DNA from: Octopus bimaculoides
Lineage: Eukaryota
Direction: 5' to 3'
Assembly (NCBI RefSeq): GCF_001194135.2
Contig: NC_068984.1
Coordinates: 65,356,713 to 65,420,712 of the forward strand
Length of the DNA stretch: 64,000 nucleotides
Each line of letters starts with the position of its first letter. The stretch's first letter is position 1. Below the pieces are notes generated by a model. The model had not been told where the DNA came from, searched no databases, and was given only the letters and a program-made list of their open reading frames with translations. The translations under genes and the position numbers were made by a program. Below are positions 39,772-51,599 of this stretch, one piece after another.

Positions 39772-41778
39772 ACCATACTTATAGGTTTAGGATCTCCAAC
39801 CAAAACAAAAGTATGACAAGACCCATCCCCAAACTTCTGGCATGTATGGATGACGAGAGGATTCAAAATCATAATGGTAGCCATTAACTACCCACTGTAT
39901 ATAGCGATTGGATGGCATGGCTTATAATTTAAAACCCTCCAATAAAATCCTTGGGAATGAATTCACAATATTCAGAATATCTTAAGAAACACAGCAGTTT
40001 TCTTTTTATTTTAACTTTTTGACATGAGGAATTCCACAAAAGTTTTGGAAGAAATTAACATTAAATTAGTTGACTGAGTACATGGTATAAATTGTTAAAT
40101 TCAAATGCATCAGAAATGCTACCACTAAAACACATAAAATATATAACAAATAATTGTAACATTCACACACAAGAACACACTCAGGCACACATTATATATA
40201 TATTTGTGTGTGTGTGTGTGTGTGCGTGAAATAAATATATAGTAATGTCAGTACAAATATTCTTAGCTTAGTTATCTGCTATGCATTCAATTCCTTTTCC
40301 CTTTTTTTAAACAAAACACAAATCTTTTCCATTTGACTAATGTACTATTCATTCCAAATATAATTTTCCTTTTCATTCTCATTATTATTAGGTTGCATTT
40401 TTTTAGGTGTAAATTCAGGAAAACAAGCAAAAACATTGATTTCCAAAGCTATGACACAAAGAAATGATGTCAGAAAATAAGGAAAAAACAAAAAAAAATC
40501 ACCAATGATATTTTGTGGTTATTGTTTTCCTGATGCTGCTGATGGTTGCACTGTTGCTATTTTAGTGTTTCAGAGAAAGAAATAGCTATTTGACAGAAAG
40601 CTGTTATGTTCTTTAATATGCTTAATATGTTATATTCTTCAATAAACTCGTGCTACAAGATTTCAGCTATGCTGTTGAGCAAGTAACAAAATTTCATGGG
40701 TTGAAACGTGGTTGTGTATTGAAGAATGAAAACTGATCAAAATAATACAAAAAAAGAAAAAGAAAAAAATAGAATTCCCAATTTGTGCTGGAAATATTTT
40801 TTAAAAGAAAATCTATTTCTATATTTCATACCAAAATAACTAAAAAGGAAAAAAAGTACATTTTTCTATAAAGGTAACTTTCATAGCCACTTTTTTCCTT
40901 CACAACAAAATTTTGGTTCTTTGAAGCATGGTGCTCATGGAAACTATATTTGGTATGTTAATAAGATGTGTACAGTTCCTGAGAATATCGAACTACTGCA
41001 TATCGAAGGGAGTATTGCATAAATATCTTCAGCAAAATTATGAAATTTTACTCTATTTAAATGTGCAGAATGCTATAAGCTTCAGTAGTAGTATTTTAAT
41101 ATTCAAATTAAGCATATTAGAGATATGCTTCTTTTGTGATCTTTTCCCAAAGAATGAATAAATTTATATAACCCATACACACTCACACGCATATATACCC
41201 TAATATGCATATATATATATGTGTGTGTGTGTGCACGTGCATGTGGGCATGTGTGTATATATGCATATACACACAAACATATTTTCTATATAAAATATGT
41301 GCATGTGCATGTACACATACTTATACCTATATATATATATATATATANNNNNNNNNNNNNNNNNNNNNNNNNNNNNNNNNNNNNNNNNNNNNNNNNACCC
41401 AAAAGTTAATCTTGATCTCCAACTTAATATGGAGGTTATGTTCGAAAACAGAATACTGCAATATTTAACTTGAGAGAATATCTTATAATGATTTGTGGTG
41501 TATAAAAGTACTCGAAATTATATCGCTGACAGATAAGAATCATCTGCTACAGCTGCCAGAAGTGCCAGATCTGGTGGTCATAGTAGACCATTCTCATTTG
41601 TTGACAATATAATTTTGAATGTTTTTATGCACTACAAGTCATTATGAGACATTCTCTCAAGGTATTGTAGTATTCTATTTCCTAACACAACCTCTATGTT
41701 AAGTTGCAGATCAAGATTACTGCTACATATCATTACTATTTCTGTCACTATTAACTATGTATATGTATGTATGTATGT

Positions 41779-42300
41779 ATACTGAACTACAAAAGAAATG
41801 TAGCATTGGACTGGTGGTCTTCTAAAACATCAGCCAAGGCTGGGGCGATGGAGTAACCACCAATCAAGTGTTGAGGCCTTACATCGTGCCATACTTTGCC
41901 ATTCATCGGAATCACATGTCCCAACATGACAATGACCATGTCCCCATTGTCAGGCTGACAACAGACTTCCTCCAACAGTACAACATCAAGACGCTGACAT
42001 AGCTTGCCTTAAGTCCGAACTTAAACCCCATAGAGCACCTGTGGGACAAAATCCAAAGAAGGCTAAATGGCATCCATCCGAGTCCAGCAACTGTGGCACA
42101 ACTCGCTGCAAGCTTTAATAGAGTGTGGGCTGCTATCTCCATGGCCTTCACCATTTGTTTGGTGAATTCAATGTACAGAAGATACCTGGTGGTAATGAAT
42201 GCTAACGGTGCTCACACGAGATGTTAAGTTCATGCTTTTAGATTCAGAACACTCTGTCACCACATGACACCAAATGATGTTAAAATGTGCAAATAATGTG
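41779..42300 (+). mobile_element. Tc1 (DD34E) transposon remnant; transposase C-terminus pseudogene at 41862-42227
   Basis: Translates NQVLRPYIVPYFAIHRNHMSQHDNDHVPIVRLTTDFLQQYNIKTLT*LALSPNLNPIEHLWDKIQRRL...SMYRRYLVVMNANGAHTRC*; 34 residues between D of QHD and E of NPIE; putative left TIR after TA at about 41779; N-terminal part deleted. Confidence 0.9.
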
Positions 42301-42599
42301 TAGAACTTGTGTTTATAAGGCAGTATTACATCTGAGAAGCTATTAAATAGTGAGGGGTTGTGGTGGTGGAGGATTGTTTGCGATTCCCTTAAACATAATT
42401 TAAAATATGCATCTGCATAATTGCCTCTATACTCGCTCAACTGGATCCTACTTATAGTTTTTCTCTACCTTTTGGAATTGATCTCCTGTAAAGACACTGG
42501 AGTCTAATTTTGAATCTTTCAAGCAATACTGTTATCTTGTTTAAAAGTACCTTTCAACTGTCAAGCAATATGCTGTGCTTGAGAAAACCTGTTGTTTCA

Positions 42600-42782
42600 A
42601 GTGAAGTGTTCATTTTTTACATTATTTACATATGGATATTTGTCTTCATTCTGTTTGTTGTTAACACAACGTTTCGGCTGATATACCCTCCAGCCTTCAT
42701 CAGGTGCCTTGGGGAAATTTCGAACCTGGGTTCGCATTCATAAGGTATTTTTTGATGTTGTTATTATTACTATTATTATTAT
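42600..42782 (-). mobile_element. SINE family F body without tRNA head, carrying hammerhead motif
   Basis: Reverse complement aligns roughly 85-90% over about 125 bp with 42907-43035. Confidence 0.8.
42663..42708 (-). ncRNA. Predicted minimal type I hammerhead ribozyme
   Basis: Minus strand GGCAC-CUGAUGA-A-GGCUG[GAGGGUAUAU]CAGCC-GAAA-CGU-U-GUGUU: stem I GGCAC/GUGUU, conserved core, stem II, palindromic ACGU stem III, U16.1-H17=U. Confidence 0.7.
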
Positions 42783-42783
42783 T

Positions 42784-42859
42784 ATGGTGTAGTGGTTATG
42801 AACGTGGGCTACTAACCCCAAATTTCTGAGTTCGATTCCAGGCAGTGACCTGAATAATG

Positions 42860-42898
<39 letters not shown>

Positions 42899-43075
42899 GT
42901 AATAACAACAACATCGAAAAATACCTTAGGAATGAGGACCCAGGTTCGAAATTTCCCCAAGACACCTGATGAAGGCTGGAGGGTATACCAGCTGAAACGT
43001 GTTAACAACAAACAAGATGAGGACAAATATCTGTCAAATGTACATAATTCCTCATCTTTTAAATATAGAATTGAA
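42784..43075 (+). mobile_element. tRNA-derived SINE family F: Pol III head + (AAT)n + hammerhead-containing body
   Basis: A-box TGGTGTAGTGG 42785-42795, B-box GAGTTCGATTCC 42828-42839; CTGATGA 42966-42972, stem II GGCTGG/CCAGCT, GAAAC 42994-42998, with a 3-nt deletion removing the cleavage site. Confidence 0.85.
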
Positions 43076-43085
43076 GTGTAATATT

Positions 43086-43335
43086 GTTGTGGCCAATGCC
43101 AGTGCCACCTGACTGGCAAGTAAAAAGCACCATTTGAGTGTGGCGAATGGCAGTGCCGATGGCACATAAAAACACCCACTACGCTCTAGGTGTGGTTGGC
43201 ATTAGGAAGCGCATCCAGCCATAGAAACTTTGCCAGAAGAAATTGGAGCCTGGTGCAGCTTCCAAACTTGCCAGTCCTCAGTTAAATAGTCCAAACCATG
43301 CCAGCATGGAAAGCGAATGTTAAACGATGATGATG
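43086..43335 (+). mobile_element. Family C (RTE-type) 3' end
   Basis: ggcacataaaaacacccactac...gttggcattaggaagcgcatccagcc...ccagcatggaaagcgaatgttaaacgatgatgatg. Confidence 0.8.
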
Positions 43336-44799
43336 TATGTATATATGTATAAATACATGTATTCTATATAATATTACGTATAATGGATAAATGCCTCAAT
43401 GTTACATGTGAAACTACTTTATTCTAAACAGATTTTTCAAGTTGCAAGAGACTTTTTTATTCACATACATATGTTTTTGTGTCAAAGAAGGACAATGGAG
43501 AAGCAGTTAGGAAATGAATGTGTTTGGGCAGCTTATTAAAAAATTATCAAGGACTGTTTAAATAATGATGAGGATAATAAAGATGGAAGTACATCATATA
43601 TAGAAAAAAGAACAATGCTGGTTTATGAAACCTCATCAGCTAATAGTTCTTATAGGTTTTTCTATTTAAATGCTTTTGGTGTTCGTATTCCTTACACTTC
43701 AGGTTTTAAGGCATATATCCTTTTTCAATTGGTTGAACATATCTACTATTATCTGTATATGACTCACAAAATATTTAAAAATATAAAAAAAAGGGAATAG
43801 TTTTAGAATAATGTATATTGCATCAAAATATTAATGCTCTTAATACTGATATAAAAGCTAGATGGTCAATGTGACATTCAAACATAGAAGGATTTCAATA
43901 CAAAGATGAAAGGGTGGGGAGGTTCTTGTTCAGGGAAAATATAGACCTAATATATCTTTTGTCACACAGAACTTACGAGTACATTCATACAATGAATTCC
44001 ATCTTTACAACATTCACCATAGCTTTTTTGAATATTGAAGGGCAGTTAGCCAGGTTATTTTGATCTCTCACATGAAAGTCATACTGTCATTTGTATAGGA
44101 ATTCAATGATATGAATATATACATATGAATGCCTATTTGTATGTATATGGATTGTGTGATATATATATATATACACGTTTTAAGTGTGTTGTAGGTGAGA
44201 ATTGAATCACATCAAAGGAGGTGGATTCAGATATTTGTGAGACATGTTTTCTACTTTGTTATATTTTAGGTGTGAAATAGTTATAGCATACATTTCTTTC
44301 TTTTTTTTTTTTTTGCCATGCTGAAATTTGTACTAGGTATCTCTTGTTGGGAGTGCTTTGTGTAAATAATTCAAGCTTCCACTATAGAAAAACTTAAAGG
44401 TTTCATTTTACTAAAGATTTTCCTTAAACGATGATGATGGTCCATTTAATTTTAAACTGGTGAATGTTTACTTTCCAAAGTTCTTTAGAAAGAAGCTAAT
44501 GAGTGTCTTATTTCTGTTTCTGTTATTAAAGGTGGGGCTATGTTGATGTAGTGAGTTATGAAATACATATATTTTAAAAATCTATAAGTAAAGGTGGATT
44601 GAGATATTTCAAGAATCATAGAAATGTTAAACTATTAGTCATAATATAAACTGAAGAAATACATAGCTATTACATCATATATGCATATACACATGAAAAT
44701 ATATGTACTCACCCATGTACATATATTATATGTATGTATAAACATACACATACATATATACACGCAAACATCAAACATACTACATCCAGGCATATTTGT

Positions 44800-45126
44800 T
44801 ATTAGTGTGAATGTACATAGATGTATATATGAACTTAAAGTGAAATTAGGTATAAGAAGAATTCAATGTACTTTGCAAGAAAGAAGACAGTGCTGGTATG
44901 AAGATGTGATATGTATGGACAGTGACAGCTGCAAAAGGAAGCACCAAGCACTGAAAGTGAATGAAACCTTTAGAAGAGTGAAACTAAGACTCAGAATGAA
45001 GAGTTGAAGACTAATTTCAAGATGTTGCAGCTCTTGAATGAGACGACAGAGTACTGTGATGATTGGAAAATACTTGGTGCTGGAGAAAACTTGACCACTA
45101 GCATAAGCACGGTGAATCATAAATGA
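44800..45126 (+). mobile_element. RTE-clade LINE ORF C-terminal remnant (frameshifted)
   Basis: VNVHRCIYELKVKLGIRRIQCTLQERRQCWYEDVICMDSDSC...FRRVKL / KTQNEELKTNFKMLQLLNETTEYCDDWK, matching the RTE motif RRLRWYGHVxRM...RGRPRKTWxxxVKxDL...DRxxWK. Confidence 0.8.
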
Positions 45127-45724
45127 AAAAGAGGAGCGTGATAGAGGCTTGGATATATATCTATATTAGTATATTTTTCTTATTTTGCACCCACTGAGTT
45201 TTTCCCTGCCGCTATTACTATCTGTTCAACCCTACTCCAATTCACTTTCCCACACCACCCATGAAATGAGAAATACATTAAATTTGTCCATACTGAATCT
45301 CCACTATTACGACCAATTATATTTCCTAATACCTTTCTTCTTCTCCTCATACTACCTGAGTAACAAAGGATTGCATTGGACCTCTTGGTATCTGATACAC
45401 CCTTTCTTTTACACATGTACTGTGAGACAGCAGTCTCTCTTCCATTGACATCCATCACTTCCCACCTATTATTCACCTATGCAAGCTTTCATTGACAACT
45501 ACTACCACTTACTCTCCCTCTCACCAGCATTTAGTGCCTTTTCTCCTAATGCCAGACTAACAAGTGATTGTATGAGATATGCTGGTATTTGATATACATA
45601 CCCTATTGTTGTCTTTTCTGCTAGCAAATATATAACTGCCATTATGATATCTGATTAAAAAGAGATGAATCAAACCCTGTATATCTCCTCCCTCAGTTAC
45701 CCCCACCCTAACCCAGATATCCAT

Positions 45725-45867
45725 ATGGTGTAGTGGTTAAGAGCACAGGCTACTAACACCAAGATTCCAAGTTCGATTCCAGGCAGTGACCTGAACAACA
45801 ACAACAGCAACAGCAACAACAACAACGAAAAATACATTAGGAATGAGAACCCAGGTTCGAAATTTCC
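45725..45867 (+). mobile_element. SINE family F copy (head + (AAC)n + start of body), cut by gap
   Basis: Head about 85% identical to 42784-42852; continues gaaaaatacattaggaatgagaacccaggttcgaaatttcc. Confidence 0.85.
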
Positions 45868-47000
45868 NNNNNNNNNNTACAGTACTTAGTCTGGAATTCA
45901 TTTTATAAGTCATGATTCACTGAATAATTGAGTTCATTTACTGGTTTATGCTCAATGTGAGGTATATGCCACAAAGAATTAAAACAAACATAACAATGTG
46001 ATATTTGCCAGATGAAATTTGAGCAGAAAATTATCACACACAAACATATGTGTATATATATATGTGTGTGAGTACACACACACACACACACACACACACG
46101 TTTTAATGAATTTATGAATTGCACAGTAGAATATATGTATATATAAATTCATATATGTGTATATATGAATTGTGGTGTGACTTGAAAAGTCACAATTTGA
46201 TGAATCTTAGATGCACTGTGCAGTAATATTTTCTGACAATGATCTAGAGATATTTCTACAGTTGAGATGTAACCTTGTAACCTAAAATTTCCTAACACTT
46301 TGAAATAGTTTTCAGATAAGAATACTATGATAAGAATAAGAAAAGGATAATAGAAGCATAAATTTATATAAAGTATTAAAAATACAAACATGACATAAAC
46401 ATTAATAAACAAAATGTTGCTGCTGTGAGTTAAAAAAATTTTTTTTAAGAAGAATCTAAGAAACGCTTAAGTAAGGATATATTGTACTGAATATTGATTA
46501 AAACAGATGAACAACTTACAAACAGAAGCAGCAGTAAAAGTTACAGGGATTCATAGAATATTGAACAGGAACAATGTATTTGCAGCTGAACCTCAAAAAT
46601 TCAATAAATCATTAATGCACACTTTTCTGCTTCTGGATTACTCAATATTTAATAGATTTTCAATATATTAAAGCCTTGTTTGCCTATAGATGATACAGAA
46701 TTCATATTTTCCTAAAAGAAAAATAATATTCAAATGTATGGAAAATATAATCTATCTTCCCTATACATATTCAAATAATTTGATAAAATTTTGAGAACGC
46801 CACTTGACAATATTTTCCAACGTTACTTAGTCATTAGGAGCTAACTGTTAATAATTCCAGTATTTATACATATATGAAAATTTAATTATTTGTATATTAT
46901 GCTTATAATTATAAATATTTCCCAGTTGCAAAAGTAAACCAACAGAGAAGCTTTATTTGCTAGGTACACTGGTATCAAAAAATCCCTGCCAAATGTAAAC

Positions 47001-47268
47001 AATAATATAGGTTTCACATTTTGGCACAAGGCCAGCAATTTTGGGAGAGGGGCTAAGTTGATTACATCAACCCCAGTGCTCAACCGGTACTTATTTCATT
47101 GACCCCAAAAAAGGATGACAGGCAAAGTTGACATTAGCAGAATTTGAACTCAGAATGTAATGATGGACAATATACTGTTACGATGGCAAAATACGTAATG
47201 ATGAATGTAATGGTGGCAGAGTACATTTTGATCAGCATGCTAACCATTCTGCTAACTCACTGTCTTTT
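47001..47268 (-). mobile_element. SINE family B copy with about 50-bp internal insertion
   Basis: ggcacaaggccagc, ggtacttatttc, ggcaaagttgac, atttgaactcagaatg; insertion at about 47170-47220 partly repeats aatgtaatg.tgg. Confidence 0.8.
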
Positions 47269-49014
47269 ATGAAAAGTAAACACTAATATAGCCACAGTAG
47301 CATTTGAATTGACAACTCATAAATGAAGACCAACAATTTCTCCAGATACTTTGTTTTCCTAATGCAGTTTCACAAACTTAACTCATTCAACTAGAAATTA
47401 ACAAACAATTATAGTGTTAGCTGTTTGTTAAAAAGAGATTCAAAAAGAAATGAATATAGAAAAACAAAGGATGGTTATTGTTTATTGTGTGAAAGGAAAT
47501 CAACTGCTAAGGAACTGAAATACAATCTTAATAATATGGTAAGGTTTTGAGGGAGGTTGGTTAAGAAAAAGTATTGTTTCAATTAACAATGTATGCTACT
47601 TGAAAAATGATTTAGAATTAAATCAATTTAAAAGTAAGTCAGTAACAGAAAACAACATATTCTGCTATGCAACTTTATACATATATTCATTAGTTTAATG
47701 ATATACTTCTTTGTGCAGTTTCTTTGTCAAAACAAAAATATTTAGAACCCTATATGGATGCAGATAGTAATTTTAGTGAGTTTGAAAAATGGGTGTGCTT
47801 CTGTTCTTAACACAGAAGCTTTATCAAAAAATACTAATCATTATTATAAAATGAGATCGAAATTTATTTTCAGTTGGTTTTATTGAAAAAAGTAAAAGAA
47901 GGATATACAATACTTGAGCAATGATTAATAATCTGAATACATATTCTCTGGAGCATATGATCCAACTCCTTAAGCTCAAATGATTGTATTTATTTCTAAA
48001 GTGACAGTTAAAATATTACAGTGTTATATTTCCTTGTACTATCTTGAATAAATAACAGAGACTGCTTCTTTGTGTGTTTATTTATGATTGTGATTGCTTG
48101 TTTGACTGTCAGTTATATGTTTAATGCTGATTTCAGATTTACAGACACTTAAATTTTACCTCTAAAATGTAGTGGTGGAAGTATTTTTGCTTAAAACTAC
48201 AAAAAGCTAAAAAAAAAAAATAAAAAAATTCAAAATCATATTTATTCAGATGTCACTTCCTGTCCTGGTTAAAAGAAAAGAAAAAGTATTTCATGTTCAG
48301 AATTAATAGTAAAGCAAAGAAATTCATTCTTTTGTAAAAATGAGGAAATGTTGGTGCATGTATAGTAAATAATATTTGTATCTCAAAAGACAAAGTGGCT
48401 GAAAACAAAACAAATGTGGCATGATAAGCTGACGCTTTGGTCAGAAAAGCTATCAGAATTGGGTGTGCATGCATGTGTGTATGATGTTTCTGCAAAAGTC
48501 TATTTATTCTACTTTTTTAATATTATTTTTAAATACAAAGGAAATGCTGGAATAAATTATATTCAATGTAGTGTACTGAATTGAAATGGTTTACAAATTT
48601 TTCTTAATTTTTATTTCTGATTTGAAATGTGCAAAGAGCATAAATTATAACTATAGACAAGGAAAGCAAAAATATCTTTGATACACAAAAGACTCAATAA
48701 AATTTCAATAATATGAGTATATACACTAAGCCTCACAATACAGACTTTCAAATATCATTTGAGAAAGTTGTAAATTTTCTAGAAATATAGTTATAATGGT
48801 GTAGAATGAAGAATTTGTCATGATGATAATGACAAGGAGGAAAACTAACATTTGCTGCAGTTACTATATTAATTTATTTGCAATGGTAGTATGAAAATTA
48901 ATGGTAGTATCAAAATGGTAGTATCGAAATTAATATGATGCAGATTCTTAGAACATTTTTTATGCACAGAATCACTTCACACTGCCTCGTTTGATGGTCT
49001 GTGACGCCGCAACA

Positions 49015-49126
49015 GACAACTGGAGTTTGGACAGCTACCAGCTGACCAGCTCCATGTCAAACCATCCAACCCAAGCCAGCATGGAAACTGGACATTAAAC
49101 GATTGATGAGGATGATGATGATGATG
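49015..49126 (+). mobile_element. Family C 3' tail
   Basis: catccaacccaagccagcatggaaactggacattaaacga + (GAT)n. Confidence 0.7.
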
Positions 49127-50479
49127 TAGGAAGCAGACTAAAATATTTCATTTGAGAATACAAGGAAATATATGTAATAAAAGTGTACAATAAAAAAACC
49201 AGGCTGTGTTCAACCTCATTATCACTCTAGCACAACGATTCATAAATTATTTAATGTAAGAAAAGGCTTTACCTATCTAAAACAAGTACAGAAAATTAGA
49301 AAAGAAAGTAAATGTCAGGCAACTCAATCTATGCTGTAATTTTGTTTGTTACTTCACTTTTATCACTAATGGCAATCAAAAAATTGTGAACATGAGCATT
49401 TCCAATTCTGCCTGAAAATATAAAAATAAACGACCTTATTTTTCATGCCTGTCAGGAAACATGAGATAAACATTATTTTAGCTCATCTTTTCCAATGATA
49501 GTATGGCAGAGAAAGGACAAACTGGATGGAGACATGATGAAGTATTTGAAAAGATTGGAGAAGCAAACACATAACCTTAATACCATCAATTGAAGCACAA
49601 GAAAATGAATAGGAAATAAGGCTATTTACACAAGCATTTTCACACATTCTCAGAAGCCTACAATTAAAGAAACAATTGCTTTAATTAATACTTGTGCAAT
49701 AACTAATATCTGTGTTATAATGTTTAACAAATAGATCATCATCTTGGTTGTCATTAATCTTAGCAATGATAATGTAATAATATGCCACCATACCCACATC
49801 GTTACATGCAGTAATAGTAATTCCCCTTATGTTTCTTCTCATGAGTTGCACAATCCTTTTTTCCTTACCATTTGATAAGAATTTTCATTATAGCAAAAAA
49901 GTATTGGCAGCACAATTCTTCTCACCATAATCATCCGTGTAACTGACATAATTATAATGAATATCAATTTCATGATAATGATATTGTTATTGTCACATAT
50001 TTAGCTACAGATTAATTTCCTTCTGTCACAGCAATGATGATGAGGACACTTGTCACCACTACCATCATCATTTTATTATAAATTTTGTTTTTATGCTCTG
50101 CATCATTAAGATAGATACATAGAAATAACTTTCTTTTCATTTATATCAGTATTGAAATATTTTTCAGTCTATTGGTGAAACTACATATATCTAAATCTTT
50201 ATGAACCCATCTCAGACATGGCACAGGCGATTACTCTCATAACACAATTCATCTACTCTAATCACATATTCATATATTCTGAAAGGCTAGTAATTACATA
50301 TTACTCTCAGTATCAGATGGTTGCTGCAGTTAATCATTATAGCAACATAGAAAATATGATGTTAAATGTTTGATGGTTTTTATGGCCATGACTACAGTAA
50401 AAGTAATCTAGTAATGATTATGATGGTTATTAACTTGAAGGTGTTGGTGTTAATGCATTTGATTATAACATTAATTTCT

Positions 50480-50680
50480 GTTATTGGCACAATGCCACAT
50501 ATTTCGGGGGAGAGTATAGTCAATAAAATTGACCTCTAGGTACATAATTTTATCAACCTCTGAAGGTTGAAAAGTAGAGTGCCTTCAGTAAGATATGAAC
50601 TCAGAATGTAAAAGGCCATAATTAAATACTACAAGGCATTTTGTCCAATACTCTAGTGATTCTGCTAAACTACAGCATTT
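50480..50680 (-). mobile_element. SINE family B copy, decayed
   Basis: ttggcacaatgcc, ggtacataattttatcaac, gaactcagaatg, gattctgctaaac. Confidence 0.6.
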
Positions 50681-51599
50681 TTGATAGCAATTGCAAAAAT
50701 GGTGATACTGAAAATGCGATCTTATTGCTAGTAATGGAATCTGTATGTAAAACTTAGGAGAAAATTCTGAACACATAGCAATTTATAAGATAAAAAAAAT
50801 ATTCTGCTACTAACAACAGATGTATGACAAGGTTTCATAATATAATTAATAATCATTCTCCAAGTTCTGTGGCTCAAGGAAATTAAGCAGCATTGAAAAG
50901 AAATGCTAGTAATTCTACAACATTAAGTAGTATACTGAAGAAATCTGTGGGATTGTCATTCTGCTAATCTTCTAATATTCTTAACAAAAGTAATGCACAT
51001 TCACAAAATCTGAAGGGATCAACATTACTGTTCATCTTTCAGTACTTGATAAAGTAAGTACCAGTAATACAAAGGAGCTGATTTGTTCAAATATAACCCT
51101 TCCCCACCAGAAATTTGTTTTTGCCATGACAAAAGAAAACAATATTGTAAGATATATTCCTGATGTCATCAAAACAGTGCTTATAGCAATATGCAGCAAC
51201 TATCATGGAGTAAACAATCAGCAAAACTATACACCTGAAGCATAGAATTAATCTCTAATGTTATAAAGATCATCATATCATAATTAGATAGGTGAATATT
51301 AGAAACAAAGAAATTAAACCTTATAATTATGTATTGTAGTCACTAATGATATATAGAAATTGATTACAAAATCAGTTTGAATTCTATATAATTTTCAAAC
51401 TGTAACATAACAGATTTCAAATAAACCACACACATCAGCACTGAATAAAAATAACCACTATAATCAATATTAAGCAGATGCACTGAAAAGAAACACAGAC
51501 TCTCAAAACACCCACAACCCATTTAATTTTACAATGAAGCCCGTCTTCTAATAAACCAATTAACTACTGCTTAGCTTTGACTACTCACCATGCAGTGCT

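Noticed and set aside
42784-42852. tRNA gene (also 45725-45790, 8561-8640, 12385-12454)
   Set aside because: Acceptor stem is incomplete and each head runs directly into a repeat body; these are SINE heads.
43615-43640. Hammerhead-like CTGATGA-GGTTT/AAACC on the minus strand
   Set aside because: Followed by AGCA rather than GAAA; no stem I or III.
45185-45720. Penelope RT fragment
   Set aside because: Only weak motif echoes (KDCIG, LQFT) and they are in the wrong order for an RT.
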